Part shown: piece by piece, positions 41,527 through 53,732 of the stretch
Numbering within the stretch: position 1 is the stretch's first letter
Layout of the letters: the number at the start of each line of letters is the position of its first letter
Origin: an uncultured Gemmatimonadales bacterium
GTDB lineage: Bacteria > Gemmatimonadota > Gemmatimonadetes > Gemmatimonadales > Gemmatimonadaceae
Direction: 5' to 3'
DNA length: 64,000 nt
Assembly: GCA_963707505.1 (NCBI GenBank)
Contig: CAVPQB010000004.1
Location: forward strand, 1,216,001-1,280,000
Notes under the pieces: generated by a model
Database searches by the model: none
Seen by the model: the letters and a program-made list of their open reading frames with translations, nothing else
What the model was told of the DNA's origin: nothing
Position numbers and translations under genes: made by a program

Positions 41527-41624
41527 CGTCAGGTCTCATGTAGTTGGATTAACATCTGGCACGCACCACGTGTAAACGGTTTACGTGCCAGACTCATAAC
41601 GATTACTCGTGCTGGGACTACACG

Positions 41625-42053
41625 TTACCGGGCGCGAATTATCTCGCTCTCCGAAAAGAAGAACCGTGCTTCGCGCGCCGCGTTATCATCGGAATCGGAT
41701 GCATGGATCGCATTCCGCTCCTTCGACTCGGCGAAGAGCTTGCGAACGGTTCCGGCATCGGCTTCAGCTGGATCGGTTGCGCCGATCGCGACACGCAGCG
41801 CTGCAACCGCATCTGCCTTTTCAAGAACCATCGGCATGCACGGTCCCGACGTCATGAAGCTGCATAGCGACCCATAGAATGGCCGCTCGCAGTGCACTGC
41901 GTAGAACTCCTTCGCCTCGGCGTCGCTTAGATGCATGACTCGCGCTGCGCGAACCTTGAAGCCCTGCTGCTCGAGGTGGGCGATGACCTTGCCTGCCTTT
42001 CCCGAGTTGAATGCGTCGGGCTTGATGATCGTGAGTGTGTAGTCGCCAGCCAT
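41625..42053 (-). CDS. ndk: Nucleoside diphosphate kinase
   Basis: TLTIIKPDA, FYAVH.ERPF, IGATDP, NAIHASDS. Confidence 0.97.
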   Translation of the reverse strand: MAGDYTLTIIKPDAFNSGKAGKVIAHLEQQGFKVRAARVMHLSDAEAKEFYAVHCERPFYGSLCSFMTSGPCMPMVLEKADAVAALRVAIGATDPAEADAGTVRKLFAESKERNAIHASDSDDNAAREARFFFSESEIIRAR

Positions 42054-42926
42054 TTACTTCATGCGCTCCTTTAGAAGTCCAACAACGTCGATCGGTCGCT
42101 TGGCGACGCCAAGTCCGTTTTCCTCGAATGCCTGCATCTTCTCTGCAGCAGTACCGGCTGATCCGGAGATGATCGCGCCTGCGTGACCCATGCGACGGCC
42201 TGGCGGTGCGGTCTGGCCGGCGATGAAGCCGACTACGGGCTTGGTCATCTTCTCCTTCACGAACTTCGCTGCTTCCTGCTCATCGGTACCGCCGATCTCG
42301 CCGATCATGACGACCGCCGTCGTGTCGGGATCGCTCTCGAATGCTGCGAGGCAGTCGATGAAGTTGGTTCCGTTGATCGGATCGCCGCCAATGCCGACGC
42401 ATGTCGTCTGGCCCATTCCTGCGCGCGTCATCTGGTAGACGAGCTCGTACGTGAGCGTGCCGGACCGGCTGACGAGTCCGATCGGTCCAGGCGTGCAGAT
42501 ACGGCCCGGGATGATTCCAACCTTCGATTTCCCCGGAGAGATGAGTCCGGGGCAGTTGGGGCCGAGCAGACGAACGCCCTTCTCCTTCATGAATGGATAG
42601 ACGAAGGTCATGTCGAGCACGGGCACGCCTTCGGTAATGCAGACGACGAATTCGATGCCGGCGTCAGCCGCTTCCATCATTGCGTCGGCGGCGCCGATGG
42701 GTGGCACGTAGATGACGCTCGTGTTGGCGCCTGTCTCACGAACCGCATCGTAAACGGTGTTGAACACCGGCACGGTGTTCTCGAACTTCTGGCCGCCCTT
42801 GCCCGGCGTTACACCGGCGACGACGTGCGTGCCGTACTCCATCATCTGCTTCGTGTGGAACGATCCGTCGCGTCCGGTGATGCCCTGCACGACGAGCTTT
42901 GTGTTGTTGTCGATGAAGATGCTCAT
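42054..42926 (-). CDS. sucD: Succinyl-CoA synthetase alpha subunit
   Basis: [33 protein letters not shown]. Confidence 0.98.
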   Translation of the reverse strand: MSIFIDNNTKLVVQGITGRDGSFHTKQMMEYGTHVVAGVTPGKGGQKFENTVPVFNTVYDAVRETGANTSVIYVPPIGAADAMMEAADAGIEFVVCITEGVPVLDMTFVYPFMKEKGVRLLGPNCPGLISPGKSKVGIIPGRICTPGPIGLVSRSGTLTYELVYQMTRAGMGQTTCVGIGGDPINGTNFIDCLAAFESDPDTTAVVMIGEIGGTDEQEAAKFVKEKMTKPVVGFIAGQTAPPGRRMGHAGAIISGSAGTAAEKMQAFEENGLGVAKRPIDVVGLLKERMK

Positions 42927-44065
42927 GCTGCTTTCCCCGTCGCGAGCGCGACCGCTTTCTTCACCGCTTCGTCCATGTCGGTCATCGCGCTGAATCCGTT
43001 TTCCGTAAGAATCTTCACCGCAATCTCTTCGTTGGTGCCGGTGAGACGAATGACTATTGGCACCTTGAGCGGGTTTGCCCTGGTTGCCGTGACGATGCCG
43101 TTCGCGACGTCATCGGTGCGTGTGATTCCGCCGAAGATGTTGAACAGGATCGCCTTCACGTTGGGATCGCTCGTGATGATCTTGAGCGCGTTGACGACCT
43201 TCTCAGGGTTGCTCGAACCACCGATGTCGAGAAAGTTGGCCGGATCGCCGCCGTAGTACTTGACGAGATCCATGGTTGCCATCGCGAGACCTGCACCGTT
43301 CACGACGCAGCCGACGTTCCCGTCCAGCTTGATGAACGTGAGGTTTGCCTCGCGTGCTTCAACTTCACTCGGCGCTTCGGATGATTCGTCGCGCAGCGCT
43401 GCAATGCTGGGCCGACGATCGAGCTCGTTGTCGTCGATCACCATCTTGGCATCGAGCGCGAGCACTTCGCCGTCCGGTGTCGTAACGAGAGGATTGATCT
43501 CGGCGAGTGACGCACCGCTATCCATGAAGGCGTGATACAGATCCTGCATGATTTTCGCGGCGGCGCGAACCTGCTTCACATCCTTGTAAAGAAAGAAGCC
43601 AAGCTCCATCGCCTGGAAGCCACGCAGTCCGTACCGTGAGTCGATCGGCAGACGCATGATCTTCTCTGGCGTCGTCGCTGCAACTTCCTCGATGTCGATG
43701 CCGCCGGCGGGACTCACCATGAAGACCGGTTTCTTGGAGACGCGATCGAGGATGATGCCCGCGTATGCCTCTGTCGCGATGTCTGCGGCGGGGGTGACGA
43801 GCACCTTCTCGACCGTGATTCCCTTGATCTGCATGCCGAGAATGCGCGATGCTACTTCCTTCGCTTCCGCTGGCGTCTTGGCGAGCTTGACGCCGCCAGC
43901 CTTGCCGCGGCCGCCGGCATGCACCTGCGCCTTGACGACCACAGTCGTCCCAAAACGGCGCGCGATCTGCTCGGCTTCATCGGCCGTCGTGGCCACGTCG
44001 CCCGGCGGGATCGGGACCCCGTGTGCGCGAAAGATCTCTTTCGCCTGATATTCGTGAATATTCAA
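42923..44065 (-). CDS. sucC: Succinyl-CoA synthetase beta subunit (TTG start)
   Basis: [46 protein letters not shown] before the TTG at 44065. Confidence 0.97.
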   Translation of the reverse strand: MNIHEYQAKEIFRAHGVPIPPGDVATTADEAEQIARRFGTTVVVKAQVHAGGRGKAGGVKLAKTPAEAKEVASRILGMQIKGITVEKVLVTPAADIATEAYAGIILDRVSKKPVFMVSPAGGIDIEEVAATTPEKIMRLPIDSRYGLRGFQAMELGFFLYKDVKQVRAAAKIMQDLYHAFMDSGASLAEINPLVTTPDGEVLALDAKMVIDDNELDRRPSIAALRDESSEAPSEVEAREANLTFIKLDGNVGCVVNGAGLAMATMDLVKYYGGDPANFLDIGGSSNPEKVVNALKIITSDPNVKAILFNIFGGITRTDDVANGIVTATRANPLKVPIVIRLTGTNEEIAVKILTENGFSAMTDMDEAVKKAVALATGKAA

Positions 44066-44087
44066 GTTGGCTCCGGTAATTAATGCA

Positions 44088-45038
44088 CTATGCGGGAACG
44101 ATCTCCGTCCCCGCCTTTCCCGCGACGGCATTGCTGCCCCGCGAAAGCTCTGTAATAATGGCACGGCCGCCGGTCTGGCGCACGTACTTTGCGGCCGCAC
44201 GGACTTTTGGCGCCATACTGCCCTCTCCGAACGCCTTTTGGCGGTCGAGGTCGGCGACTTCCTGAACGGTAAGGCGAGGCAGCGCTCGCTGCGCAGCCTT
44301 GCCCCAATCGGCGTAAACGGCGTCCACGTCGGTGAGGATCATGAACAGATCAGCGCCGATTCCGGCGGCAAGCACGGCAGCGGCGAGATCCTTGTCGACG
44401 ACGCAATCGACGCCTTCGAGTGCGCCTGACGCATCGCGAAACACGGGAATACCGCCGCCGCCGCAGGCGACAACGAGCACACCGTCGTCGAGAAGCGACT
44501 GGATCACACGCTCTTCGTGAATCTCGACTGGGCTGGGACTTCCGACGACGCGGCGCAATCTTCCGTTGCCGTCTCTGGCGGTCGCAATGCCCTGCTTCGC
44601 GAGCTCCCGTGCCCGTTCATCGGGGAGCTCGTGACCCACGAATTTGGATGGATGCTCCAGCGCTGGATCGCGCTCGTCAACCACTACCTGCGTGAGCACG
44701 GTGACGACGCGCCGATCGCTTCCAGCGGCACGCAACGCGTTCTCCAAAGACTGCTGGATCATGTAGCCGATCCAGCCCGCGGTGGCAGCGACGAGTACGC
44801 CGAGTGGAAGCGGCTCGACGGTAGCGCGGGCTTCCTCGTTACGAACGAGCTCGTCTCCTACCTGCGGTCCGTTGCCGTGAACGATGCAGACGTTCCAGCC
44901 ATCGTTCGCTAGCGCGACGATCGGGCCAAGGCTTTCCCGCGTGTGTCTGAACTGATCGAAAATGGTCGATCGCTCGCCGGCCGGTGACAACGCATTCCCG
45001 CCAAGGGCGATAACCGCCGTCTTGCTCGACTTGTGCAT
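44088..45038 (-). CDS. arcC: Carbamate kinase
   Basis: VIALGGNAL, HGNGPQVG, RRVV.SP.P, CGGGGIPV, VDKDLA, GSMAPKV. Confidence 0.93.
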   Translation of the reverse strand: MHKSSKTAVIALGGNALSPAGERSTIFDQFRHTRESLGPIVALANDGWNVCIVHGNGPQVGDELVRNEEARATVEPLPLGVLVAATAGWIGYMIQQSLENALRAAGSDRRVVTVLTQVVVDERDPALEHPSKFVGHELPDERARELAKQGIATARDGNGRLRRVVGSPSPVEIHEERVIQSLLDDGVLVVACGGGGIPVFRDASGALEGVDCVVDKDLAAAVLAAGIGADLFMILTDVDAVYADWGKAAQRALPRLTVQEVADLDRQKAFGEGSMAPKVRAAAKYVRQTGGRAIITELSRGSNAVAGKAGTEIVPA

Positions 45039-46756
45039 CAGCGCCTACCCCGAATGATGACACCGAGCGAGTCGAATGCGGAGCCGAAGGCGCGCAGATC
45101 ACCCGAGTCGAGCGTCGCGCGCATGCGCTCGTAAATCCGTCCCACGTTTTCGCGGAAGAGCTGATCCTGGGCCGATGATCCGTTGGGTACAACGGGGGCG
45201 GCTGGAGGGGGCGTGATCATGTCGCGTGGCACGCCGGGCATGATGTAACTGCCAGGATGGGTACTGAACCAGGCGCGCGCTACAGGATCCAGCGCCGAAT
45301 CTGGAACGATTATCGTGGCTGCAGTCCCACCGCTCACGTACGCCGTTGCAGCGTGGTGCCTGTAGGTGAGGCGCGCACCGTACACGGAATGTGGCGCGCT
45401 GAGCGGGTATGTCTGGCTGATTGTATAGAGGTCGATCACCCACAACACGCCGCGCGAGGTCGGAATCGCACCAATGCTACCGGACAGTGCAAATACTGGA
45501 GCGAGCGCGGCAACTCTGCTTCGAATGTCGCGCTCGCGAATGAATGCCGCATTTGACGGAATTGCGTCGGACATCAGGCGCGGATTCTGCTCCGACCACG
45601 CGTGCATCAAACGTGCGAAGCCGTCACCAAGTCTTGGCGCAGTGATCATGCGTGGAACGTCATGCACGACCTCGGCACCGCGGGCACCGGGAAAGACAAC
45701 GTCAGCAAGCGCACCTCGTATCTGCACCTGTCCGGCGTTCGCGAGCAGTGTCGAGTCGGCGAGGAACTTCATCGACGGCGCAATCGGCTCGTGCGGAAAC
45801 GCGCGCGCATTGAAGTCGGCCCGTGTTTCGCTGTACGGTCGCTCCATGGCAGCGTTCGCAGGCGACGTCGCTATTCGCGCGGAGACCCACGGCCCGACGA
45901 TCTGGGCCGCAATCGTGCCAATTATGATCACGGTGACGCTGGCAAACGCAGTTACGGTTTGGCCCATCCATCCTGCAACGAGCAGCACGACAGCGGCGCC
46001 AAGTGTGACGAGCGAGAGCGCAAGATCGCTCGGGATCAACCAGACGTGATCGGTCCGCGTAAGGAGTCCGTCCGGCCCGCTGCCCTGAATCAGCTCACGA
46101 AACGCGTCGAGGCGAAAGCCCCAGGCTGCGAATAGCAGAAGGATGGCGCCGAGGACGGTGATGTGCCGTCGCGCATACGGCGTGACGTGAATGCCTCGGG
46201 AGTCCCAGCTCAGGCTTGGCGTGAGCGCGTACAGCGCAACCACGACGATCGCAGTCATTGCGAAAAGCGCAAGGCACCACTGATACAGGCCTGTCTCGAG
46301 CGGAAGCCACGTAACAAAGTGGCTCAGGTCGAGGGTGAAGTATGGATCTGTCTCGGCGAACGTAACGTTTGAGCGCCACAGCGCTAGCGTCGTCCAGGAC
46401 GGCAATGCAAGGAGACTCACGGCGGTGATGCCCATGCTCACTGCCGCGGTAAGCGCGCGTAGCCTTGTCGATGGTACTTCCTCACCGAACTCGACGTTCG
46501 CCAGCCGCTTCGGGACTATCAGCGCGACGACTGACCTGCGCACTGCGGACACGTTGATCCATGTGAAGGCGATCCCGATCACGAGAGCGCAACCGTACAG
46601 CCACAGAACGTTGGACACGCGCGCGCCCCATACCGACAGCGCACCGAGGTTGGCGAACCACTCCTGGTTGGAGTAGATGATCGCCGCGGCGCGCCCGGCG
46701 AGAAGTAGCGCCGCGGCCAGGGCGAGGGCGGCGCTGAGCCGCTGGCCGCGCGTCAC
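45038..46756 (-). CDS. UPF0182-like membrane protein (compact)
   Basis: WF..LG, F.ETDPYF.LDLS.FV..LP, W.ID.YT.S..YP.S, C-terminal L.SGD..AFG. Confidence 0.65.
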   Translation of the reverse strand: MTRGQRLSAALALAAALLLAGRAAAIIYSNQEWFANLGALSVWGARVSNVLWLYGCALVIGIAFTWINVSAVRRSVVALIVPKRLANVEFGEEVPSTRLRALTAAVSMGITAVSLLALPSWTTLALWRSNVTFAETDPYFTLDLSHFVTWLPLETGLYQWCLALFAMTAIVVVALYALTPSLSWDSRGIHVTPYARRHITVLGAILLLFAAWGFRLDAFRELIQGSGPDGLLTRTDHVWLIPSDLALSLVTLGAAVVLLVAGWMGQTVTAFASVTVIIIGTIAAQIVGPWVSARIATSPANAAMERPYSETRADFNARAFPHEPIAPSMKFLADSTLLANAGQVQIRGALADVVFPGARGAEVVHDVPRMITAPRLGDGFARLMHAWSEQNPRLMSDAIPSNAAFIRERDIRSRVAALAPVFALSGSIGAIPTSRGVLWVIDLYTISQTYPLSAPHSVYGARLTYRHHAATAYVSGGTAATIIVPDSALDPVARAWFSTHPGSYIMPGVPRDMITPPPAAPVVPNGSSAQDQLFRENVGRIYERMRATLDSGDLRAFGSAFDSLGVIIRGRR

Positions 46757-46757
46757 G

Positions 46758-48123
46758 TCAGATCTGGACGCCGTGCTGCGTGAGCCATCCCTCTATCTCT
46801 GCGCGAATCGCATCCAGCTGATCGCGGGTGCGCGCCTCGAACCGGAGCACGATCACCGGCTGCGTGTTCGATGCGCGAATGAGTCCCCATCCACCGGGAT
46901 ACTGGATTCGTACCCCATCCACATCGATAGTGGTGTATTTGGCGCTGAAATACTTCACGGCGTCACTCACGATCCCGAACTTCTTGTCATCGGGGCACGT
47001 GACTCGAATCTCAGGGGTGGATACGAAACGTGGAACGTCCGCGAGCAGTTCGTCGAATCGACTTGCCGGAGTCTGCAACGATCTTGAGCAGTCGCGCTGC
47101 GCCGTACAGAGCGTCGTCGAAACCGTACCAGCCCTCATCGAAGTACATGTGGCCGGACATCTCGCCCGCGAGCGGTGCGTGCATCTCGTGCATCTTCTCC
47201 TCGATCAGCGAGTGGCCGGTCTTCCACATCACCGGTACACCACCAGCCTTCTGAATGGCATCGGGGAGCGCCTGCGAGCATTTCACGTCGAATATTATCG
47301 GTGCGTTCTTCACACGTGTGAGGACATCGCGCGCATAGAGGAGCAGCAGATAATCTCCCCAGATGACGTCGCCGTTCCGCTGAACGACGCCAATCCGGTC
47401 CGCGTCGCCGTCGAATGCAATGCCGAAGTCATAGCCGCCCTTGTACATCTCGTTGACCAGGTCCTCGAGATTCTCCGGGACGGTAGGGTCTGCATGGTGA
47501 TTGGGGAACGTTCCATCACTGTCGCAGAACATGCACGTGACGTCGACACCGAGCTTTGCGAACAGCTTTGGCGCGACGAGGGCGCCGACGCCGTTACCGG
47601 CATCGGCCGCGATGCGAAGAGGGCGCGAGATCTTGCCGATTCGACTCACTACATCGTCGATGTAGCGATCGATGACGGCTTCATCGCGCCGGCTGCCTTT
47701 CCCTTCGGGGAAAATGCCACCGGCAGCGAGCTGATAGATGCGTTGAATGTCGTTGCCGTAAATCGACGCCCTGCCGATGCCGAGCTTGAATCCGTTGTAC
47801 TCGGGAGGGTTGTGCGACCCGGTGATCTGGATACCGGCGACGACATCCAGATTGTGCTGCGTCCAGTAGGCGACGGGTGTCGGAACGATGCCGATGTCCA
47901 CGACGTCAATACCGCTCTCGATCAGGCCTGTAACCAGTGCGTCGTGGAGACCATCGCCGCTTGGCCGGTTGTCGCGCCCGACAGCGACTGATCCCGTAAG
48001 CCTCCGCTCCTGCAGCAACGCCGCGAATGCGCGTCCAACCACGCGCGCGACGTCTGGTGTCAGCTCTGTCCCTGTGATTCCACGAATGTCGTACTCGCGA
48101 AAGATGTCGCGAACGAGATTCAC
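46758..48123 (-). CDS. Phosphomannomutase/phosphoglucomutase, one frameshift near 47057
   Basis: IFREYDIRG, ITGSHNP, FDGDADR, GEMSGH; the C-terminal DGVR..GWGLIRASNTQP lies in the next frame. Confidence 0.93.
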
Positions 48124-49643
48124 CGGGGCACAACCTGGCTCACTTGTGGTGCAGGCGCGCGCAGGTACGATCCCTGGTGTTGTGTGAGGCTGACGAGCGC
48201 GTTAGGGTACACGCCGAGGATTAGAAGGATCACGGTGGAGAGTCCGATGACCCAACGTGTGGCGGACCCCACGCTGCGTGGATCGCTGACCGTGTTCACC
48301 TCGCGCCGCGGCTTCATGAACATGACGAGAACGACGTACATGTAGTAGCCGGCCGATATGACACTCGTGAGCACCAGCAACACCGCGAGACGGGTCTGCG
48401 GCTCAGGCGCATAAAGCGCGGACTGAATCACGTACCACTTCGCGAAGAAGCCGGCTCCGCCAAAGATCGGGAAGCCCAGCAGCGACAACATGCAGACGGC
48501 CATCGCGACGCTGAGCCACGGACGCGACGTCCACAGTCCGGCGTAATCGTCCACGTTGAGGTACGGCTCGCCGCTCTGACCGAGTGCGACCACGACGCCA
48601 AAGGCGCCGAATGTGGCGAGCGTATATGCGACTATGTAGAAGAGGAACGCCGAGCTTCCGAGTGCCTGTCCCGATGCTAGCACGACGAGGATGTATCCCG
48701 CATGAGCGATGCTGGAGTAGGCCAGCAGGCGCTTGATGTCCTTCGATGCAAGCGCGATCAGATTACCAACGACCATCGTGATCGCGGCAAGCCACCAGAC
48801 TGCGATGTGCCAGGTCGGGATCTCGCCCGCGAACGCTTCGAGGAACACGCGCAGGAATGCGGCAAACGCAGCAGCCTTGACCGCCGCTGCCATGTACGCC
48901 GTGATCGGCGTCGGTGCGCCCTCGTAGACGTCCGGCGCCCACATGTGGAACGGCGCGAGCGCTACTTTGAAGCCAAAACCGATCAGCATGAGTCCAATGC
49001 CGATGAGCAACATCGGCGCGGACATGATCTGATTGGCAGCGACCCGCTCGCCGATCAGCGTGAGACTGGTCGTTCCGGTCGCGCCGTACACCAGCGCGAT
49101 TCCATAAAGCAGGAACCCCGTCGAGAACGCGCCGAGCAGGAAGTACTTGATCGCGCCCTCAGCGGACTTCTCGCTGCGGCGATTCATGCCTGTGAGGATG
49201 TAAACCGCGATCGACATCAGCTCGATGCCGAGGAAGACGATCGTGAGATCGCGCGCCGCGGCGAGTATCATCATGCCCGACGTCGCGAAGATAACGAGCA
49301 CGTGCGACTCAGCAGGAAGAATCCCTTCCCGAGTGTTGTAATCGAGTCCGAGTGCGATTGTGCCAGCCGTGGCGGCGAGCAGGACGAGATCGACGATCCA
49401 GCGGAAGTTGTCGACGGCTATTACGCCGGCGCCAGCTGTCGCGTGCACCGACATGAAATACACCACGAAGATGGCGGACACCACGCATACGCCGATCGCG
49501 GCCGTGCCAACTCGGCGCTGCCGCTCCACGGATTCAGTTCCCCATGCAGAGACAAGCATCAGAACCATACCTCCGACCATCATGATGATGTCGGGGGTGA
49601 GCGCTGCGATCAGCTGCATCGACTGCGAAAGATCGAACGCCAC
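48120..49643 (-). CDS. nuoN: NADH-quinone oxidoreductase subunit N
   Basis: EGAIKYFLLGAF, FKVALAPFHMWAPDVYEGAP, KRLLAYSSIAHAGY. Confidence 0.96.
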   Translation of the reverse strand: MAFDLSQSMQLIAALTPDIIMMVGGMVLMLVSAWGTESVERQRRVGTAAIGVCVVSAIFVVYFMSVHATAGAGVIAVDNFRWIVDLVLLAATAGTIALGLDYNTREGILPAESHVLVIFATSGMMILAAARDLTIVFLGIELMSIAVYILTGMNRRSEKSAEGAIKYFLLGAFSTGFLLYGIALVYGATGTTSLTLIGERVAANQIMSAPMLLIGIGLMLIGFGFKVALAPFHMWAPDVYEGAPTPITAYMAAAVKAAAFAAFLRVFLEAFAGEIPTWHIAVWWLAAITMVVGNLIALASKDIKRLLAYSSIAHAGYILVVLASGQALGSSAFLFYIVAYTLATFGAFGVVVALGQSGEPYLNVDDYAGLWTSRPWLSVAMAVCMLSLLGFPIFGGAGFFAKWYVIQSALYAPEPQTRLAVLLVLTSVISAGYYMYVVLVMFMKPRREVNTVSDPRSVGSATRWVIGLSTVILLILGVYPNALVSLTQHQGSYLRAPAPQVSQVVPR

Positions 49644-49646
49644 TTG

Positions 49647-51237
49647 CTATTCTCCGCCCGGAAGGGCTGCTGTCTGCGACTCCGAGAGCGCCGCATTTGT
49701 CTGTACGGTACGAACAACCTTCTCAGCCGATGCTTCCATGCGCCGCAGCACTGGCGCCGGGATACACGCCGAGCCAGATGATGCAGGCGAACAACGGAAC
49801 CAGCAGCCCGATCTCACGCCAGTTGAGGTCCGGCATGTGCTCGTTCTGCGGCTTGTCCACCTTGCCAAAGAGAATGCGCTGGATTGCCCAGAGCAGATAA
49901 CAGGCGGCGAAGATCACGCCCGTCGTCGCGATCGCGGCGAAGATGGGATATGTCCGGAAGGCTCCAAGCAGCACGAGGAACTCGCCGACGAAGCCATTGA
50001 GACCGGGCAACCCGATGCTGCTGAACGAGACCAGCGTAAGTGCAGCCGCAAACATCGGCACCACTCTCGCGATTCCGCCGTAATCTGCGAGCATGCGCGT
50101 GTGGCGCCGCTCGTACATCATGCCAATGAGAAGGAAGAGCGCGCCGGTCGAGATTCCGTGATTGATCATTACGAGCAGCGCGCCCTGCACGCTCTGCACT
50201 GTCAGTGCGAAGATGCCGAGCATCACGAAGCCAAGGTGGCTGACCGAGGAATAAGCAACGAGCTTCTTGAAGTCCGGCTGAACCATCGCGACCAGCGCGC
50301 CGTAGATGATTCCTATCACCGCGAGCGTCAGTATGATCGCTCGCACGGTTGGATTCATTGCCGAGCCCGGAAACAGAGGCAGCGCGAAGCGCAGAAAGCC
50401 GAACGTTCCCATCTTGAGCATGATGCCTGCAAGAATCACCGAGCCGGCGGTCGGTGCTTCGGTGTGCGCGTCTGGCAACCACGTATGGAATGGGAATACC
50501 GGCACCTTGATCGCAAATGCGAGGAAGAATGCGCCGAACAACCAGAGCGCGGTCTTCGGTGTCAGCGCGCCAGACGCGAGCATGGCGTCGTAGCTGAAAT
50601 TCGGGATGCCCGTCAGGGCGTCGCGATTGTGAACGCCGAGGTAGATGATCGCCACGAGCATGAGCAGCGATCCGACCATCGTGTAGATGAAGAACTTGAG
50701 GCTGGCGTAAACCCTTCGCTGGCCGCCCCAGATGCCGATGACGAAGTACATCGGAATGAGCATCACTTCCCACATCACGTAGAACAGGAATAGGTCGCGC
50801 GCGAGAAACACGCCGAGCATTCCAGAAGTGAGAATGAGGAGAAAAGCCAGATAAGCGTGGACTCTGGTCTTGATCGCTGTCCACCCGCCGAGTACGGCAA
50901 GCGGCATCGTGAGCGTGGTGAGCAGCACGAGCATGAGCGAGATGCCGTCGACGCCGAGCGAGAAGCGCGCGCCCCACGAAGGAATCCACGCGTAGTCTAC
51001 TCCGGCCTGCCAGCCGGCGACTCCGGGAACGAACGACCACCAGAGTCCGCAGGAGACGACGAACTCTATGATGAGGGTCCAGACCGCTATCTGCCTTGCC
51101 GGCTCCGCGTTCGCGTCAGCGTCGTCACGGTGCGCGCCGCCCTGCGCCCACACAAGCAGCGCACCGACGAGCGGAATGATCAGCAGAGCCGGAAGGATCC
51201 ACGAGTTGTAGTGGATGCCGTTGAGGAAGTCTGTCAT
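49647..51237 (-). CDS. nuoM: NADH-quinone oxidoreductase subunit M, frameshift near 49760
   Basis: LGVDGIS, WEVMLIPMY, KVP.FPFHTWLPDAHTEAP, KKLVAYSSVSH; the tail YPAPVLRRM lies in the next frame. Confidence 0.95.
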
Positions 51238-51246
51238 TCGTTCGTC

Positions 51247-53442
51247 TTACCTGAAGGAGAAGGCACTGAGGACAACGATGGCTCCGACGACGATGGCCCA
51301 CGCGTACACACCGGTACTTCCAGTCTGTATGCGCGCACCGATCCAGCCGAGCCCGCGCGCAAGCGCCGCGGATCCATTTACGAAGAGATTGTCGATGATG
51401 CCAGCGTCGAGACCGCGCCAGAACACGTTCTTGGACAGTCCGTATACAGGGCGCACGATCGCGTCGTCGTACGCCTCATCGACATAGTACTTGTTGGCGA
51501 GAACCTTCTCGAATCCATGCTCCGCTGGCGACTGCGTCTTCGGCACCAGCGACGCCGGCTTGAGTGCGAGTACCGCGACAGCGATTCCAAGCACTGCAAT
51601 TACGATTGCAGCTCCGATGAGCGCGGCTTCAGTGCTGTGCGACGCTTCGAGAGCCACGCCGTTCGTCACCGTGCGCGTCGCGGTACCGACAACGGGCTCG
51701 AGCCAGTGATCCAGACCGCCGACAGGTCCGAGGAACGACATGATCGCCGGAAGATTCAACCAGCCGCCGATCAGGCTGAGTGCGCCCAGCACCACGAGCG
51801 GCCCGGTCATGAGCCACGGCGCTTCGTGCATGTGCCGCTGCTCGTCGTCCGTTGCCCTGCTCGGCCCATGGAACGTGTAGAGCATGAGGCGCGTCATGTA
51901 CACGGCCGTGAGGAAGGCGGCGGCCAATCCGATGACGTAAACCGCAAGCAACACTGTGTGGCCGGACATCCCGAGCCACGTGGCGTTCGTCAACACCGAA
52001 TCGCCGGCGTGCTCGTACACCGATCCGAGAATCGAATCCTTGGAGAAGAACCCGGCAAATGGCGGAATTCCAGAAATCGCGAGGGTCGCGATCCACATGA
52101 CGATCCAGGTAACAGGCATCGCCTTTCGCATGCCGCCCATGTTGCGCATGTCCTGAGCATCGTCGTGACTGCCACTGTGATGATATGCAGCGTGCATCAC
52201 GTGGATCACCGAGCCGGCGCCAAGGAACAGCAACGCCTTGAAGAATGCGTGCGTCGCAAGGTGAAAGATACCGGCCGTATATGCGCCAACACCGACACCG
52301 ACGAACATGTAGCCGAGCTGCGAGATGGTCGAGTACGCGAGAACCTTCTTTATGTCCCACTGCTTCATCGCGATCGTCGCGGCGAAGAGCGCGGTGATCG
52401 CGCCAACCACCGCAACCGTGATCGAAGCGATCGGGGACATCGCGAACAGGAACGAGCTGCGAACGATGAGATAGACGCCGGCGGTAACCATCGTCGCCGC
52501 GTGGATGAGCGCGGAGACTGGTGTGGGGCCTGCCATGGCATCCGGCAGCCAGACATACAATGGCAGCTGCGCGCTCTTGCCCGTGCAGCCGAGGAACAGG
52601 AAGAGACAGATCGTCGTGACCAGCGCGCCGCCGAATGGCAGCCCGGCAGCACCAGCCGCCACGCCAGTGAAGTCGAGTGTTCCGAGATTCGCGAAGATCA
52701 TGAACATCGCGATGAGCACGCCGACGTCACCGATTCGGTTGACGATGAAAGCCTTTAAACCCGCAGATGCATTGGCATTATCGGTGAACCAGAACCCGAT
52801 CAGCAGATAGGAGCAGAGTCCGACACCTTCCCAGCCGACGAAGAGAATCGGGTAGTTGGCGCCGAGCACCAGCATCAGCATGAAGAAGACGAACAGATTC
52901 AGATACGCGAAGAATCGCGCGAAGCCCGGGTCGTCGCTCATGTAGCCGACGCTGAAGATGTGAATCAGAGCACCGACGCCGGTGATGATGAGAACCATCA
53001 CCATCGACAGCTGATCCAGCTGGAAGGCCATGTCGATCTTGAGATCGCCAACTGGCATCCAGCTCCAGTAACGCTGAATGAACGGCGTCGACATGTCGAC
53101 ACCGCGCATTGCAAAGAAGATCGAGGCGGCCAGCAGGAACGACAGTATGAGAACACCGGGCCCGATGATCGCCGTGAGGCCGCGGAACTTCGGCACTGCC
53201 TGCGCGTGCGAATCGTCGCCGTGCGCGTGAGGTGCATGTTCCGACGTCACCGCGGATGCGTCGTGGCCGTCGTGGCCCATATCCGGATCGGATGGGCCGA
53301 TCCGCGAGCTCCCGAGAAGGCTGAGCGCGCCGTTGATGAAGAAACCAAGCAGCGGAAGAACCGGCAGCAGCCACATCCACGCCGCGATGGTTCCGGCCAA
53401 CGGGTGACTGCTCGACAGAGCCATACTTTGCGCTTGTATCAC
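51247..53442 (-). CDS. nuoL: NADH-quinone oxidoreductase subunit L
   Basis: [58 protein letters not shown]. Confidence 0.97.
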   Translation of the reverse strand: MIQAQSMALSSSHPLAGTIAAWMWLLPVLPLLGFFINGALSLLGSSRIGPSDPDMGHDGHDASAVTSEHAPHAHGDDSHAQAVPKFRGLTAIIGPGVLILSFLLAASIFFAMRGVDMSTPFIQRYWSWMPVGDLKIDMAFQLDQLSMVMVLIITGVGALIHIFSVGYMSDDPGFARFFAYLNLFVFFMLMLVLGANYPILFVGWEGVGLCSYLLIGFWFTDNANASAGLKAFIVNRIGDVGVLIAMFMIFANLGTLDFTGVAAGAAGLPFGGALVTTICLFLFLGCTGKSAQLPLYVWLPDAMAGPTPVSALIHAATMVTAGVYLIVRSSFLFAMSPIASITVAVVGAITALFAATIAMKQWDIKKVLAYSTISQLGYMFVGVGVGAYTAGIFHLATHAFFKALLFLGAGSVIHVMHAAYHHSGSHDDAQDMRNMGGMRKAMPVTWIVMWIATLAISGIPPFAGFFSKDSILGSVYEHAGDSVLTNATWLGMSGHTVLLAVYVIGLAAAFLTAVYMTRLMLYTFHGPSRATDDEQRHMHEAPWLMTGPLVVLGALSLIGGWLNLPAIMSFLGPVGGLDHWLEPVVGTATRTVTNGVALEASHSTEAALIGAAIVIAVLGIAVAVLALKPASLVPKTQSPAEHGFEKVLANKYYVDEAYDDAIVRPVYGLSKNVFWRGLDAGIIDNLFVNGSAALARGLGWIGARIQTGSTGVYAWAIVVGAIVVLSAFSFR

Positions 53443-53732
53443 CCTTTCATCACGTTGATGTTACGAAGGTCGACCGTCTGTCTGTGACGGAAGATCGATA
53501 TGATGATGGCCAGCCCAACCGCGGCTTCCGCGGCGGCGACGGTCATCACGAAGAGCACGAATACCTGGCCGCCCATCCCGTAATAGCGGGACAGTGCGAC
53601 GAATGTAAGGTTCACGGCATTGAGCATGAGCTCGACGCACATGAATATGATGATCGCATTCCGGCGGGTGAGGACACCCACCACACCGATCACGAACAGT
53701 ATCGCGGAAAGACCCAGCGCCTCAGCGAGCAC
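53439..53732 (-). CDS. nuoK: NADH-quinone oxidoreductase subunit K
   Basis: [24 protein letters not shown]. Confidence 0.97.
   Translation of the reverse strand: MLAEALGLSAILFVIGVVGVLTRRNAIIIFMCVELMLNAVNLTFVALSRYYGMGGQVFVLFVMTVAAAEAAVGLAIIISIFRHRQTVDLRNINVMKG

Noticed and set aside
44066..44200. N-terminal extension of SucC (and similar ones on NuoJ, NuoH, NuoE, NuoB, NuoF)
   Set aside because: Longest-ORF artefacts overlapping upstream genes; conserved starts lie downstream. The LptB extension differs because it occupies otherwise empty sequence.
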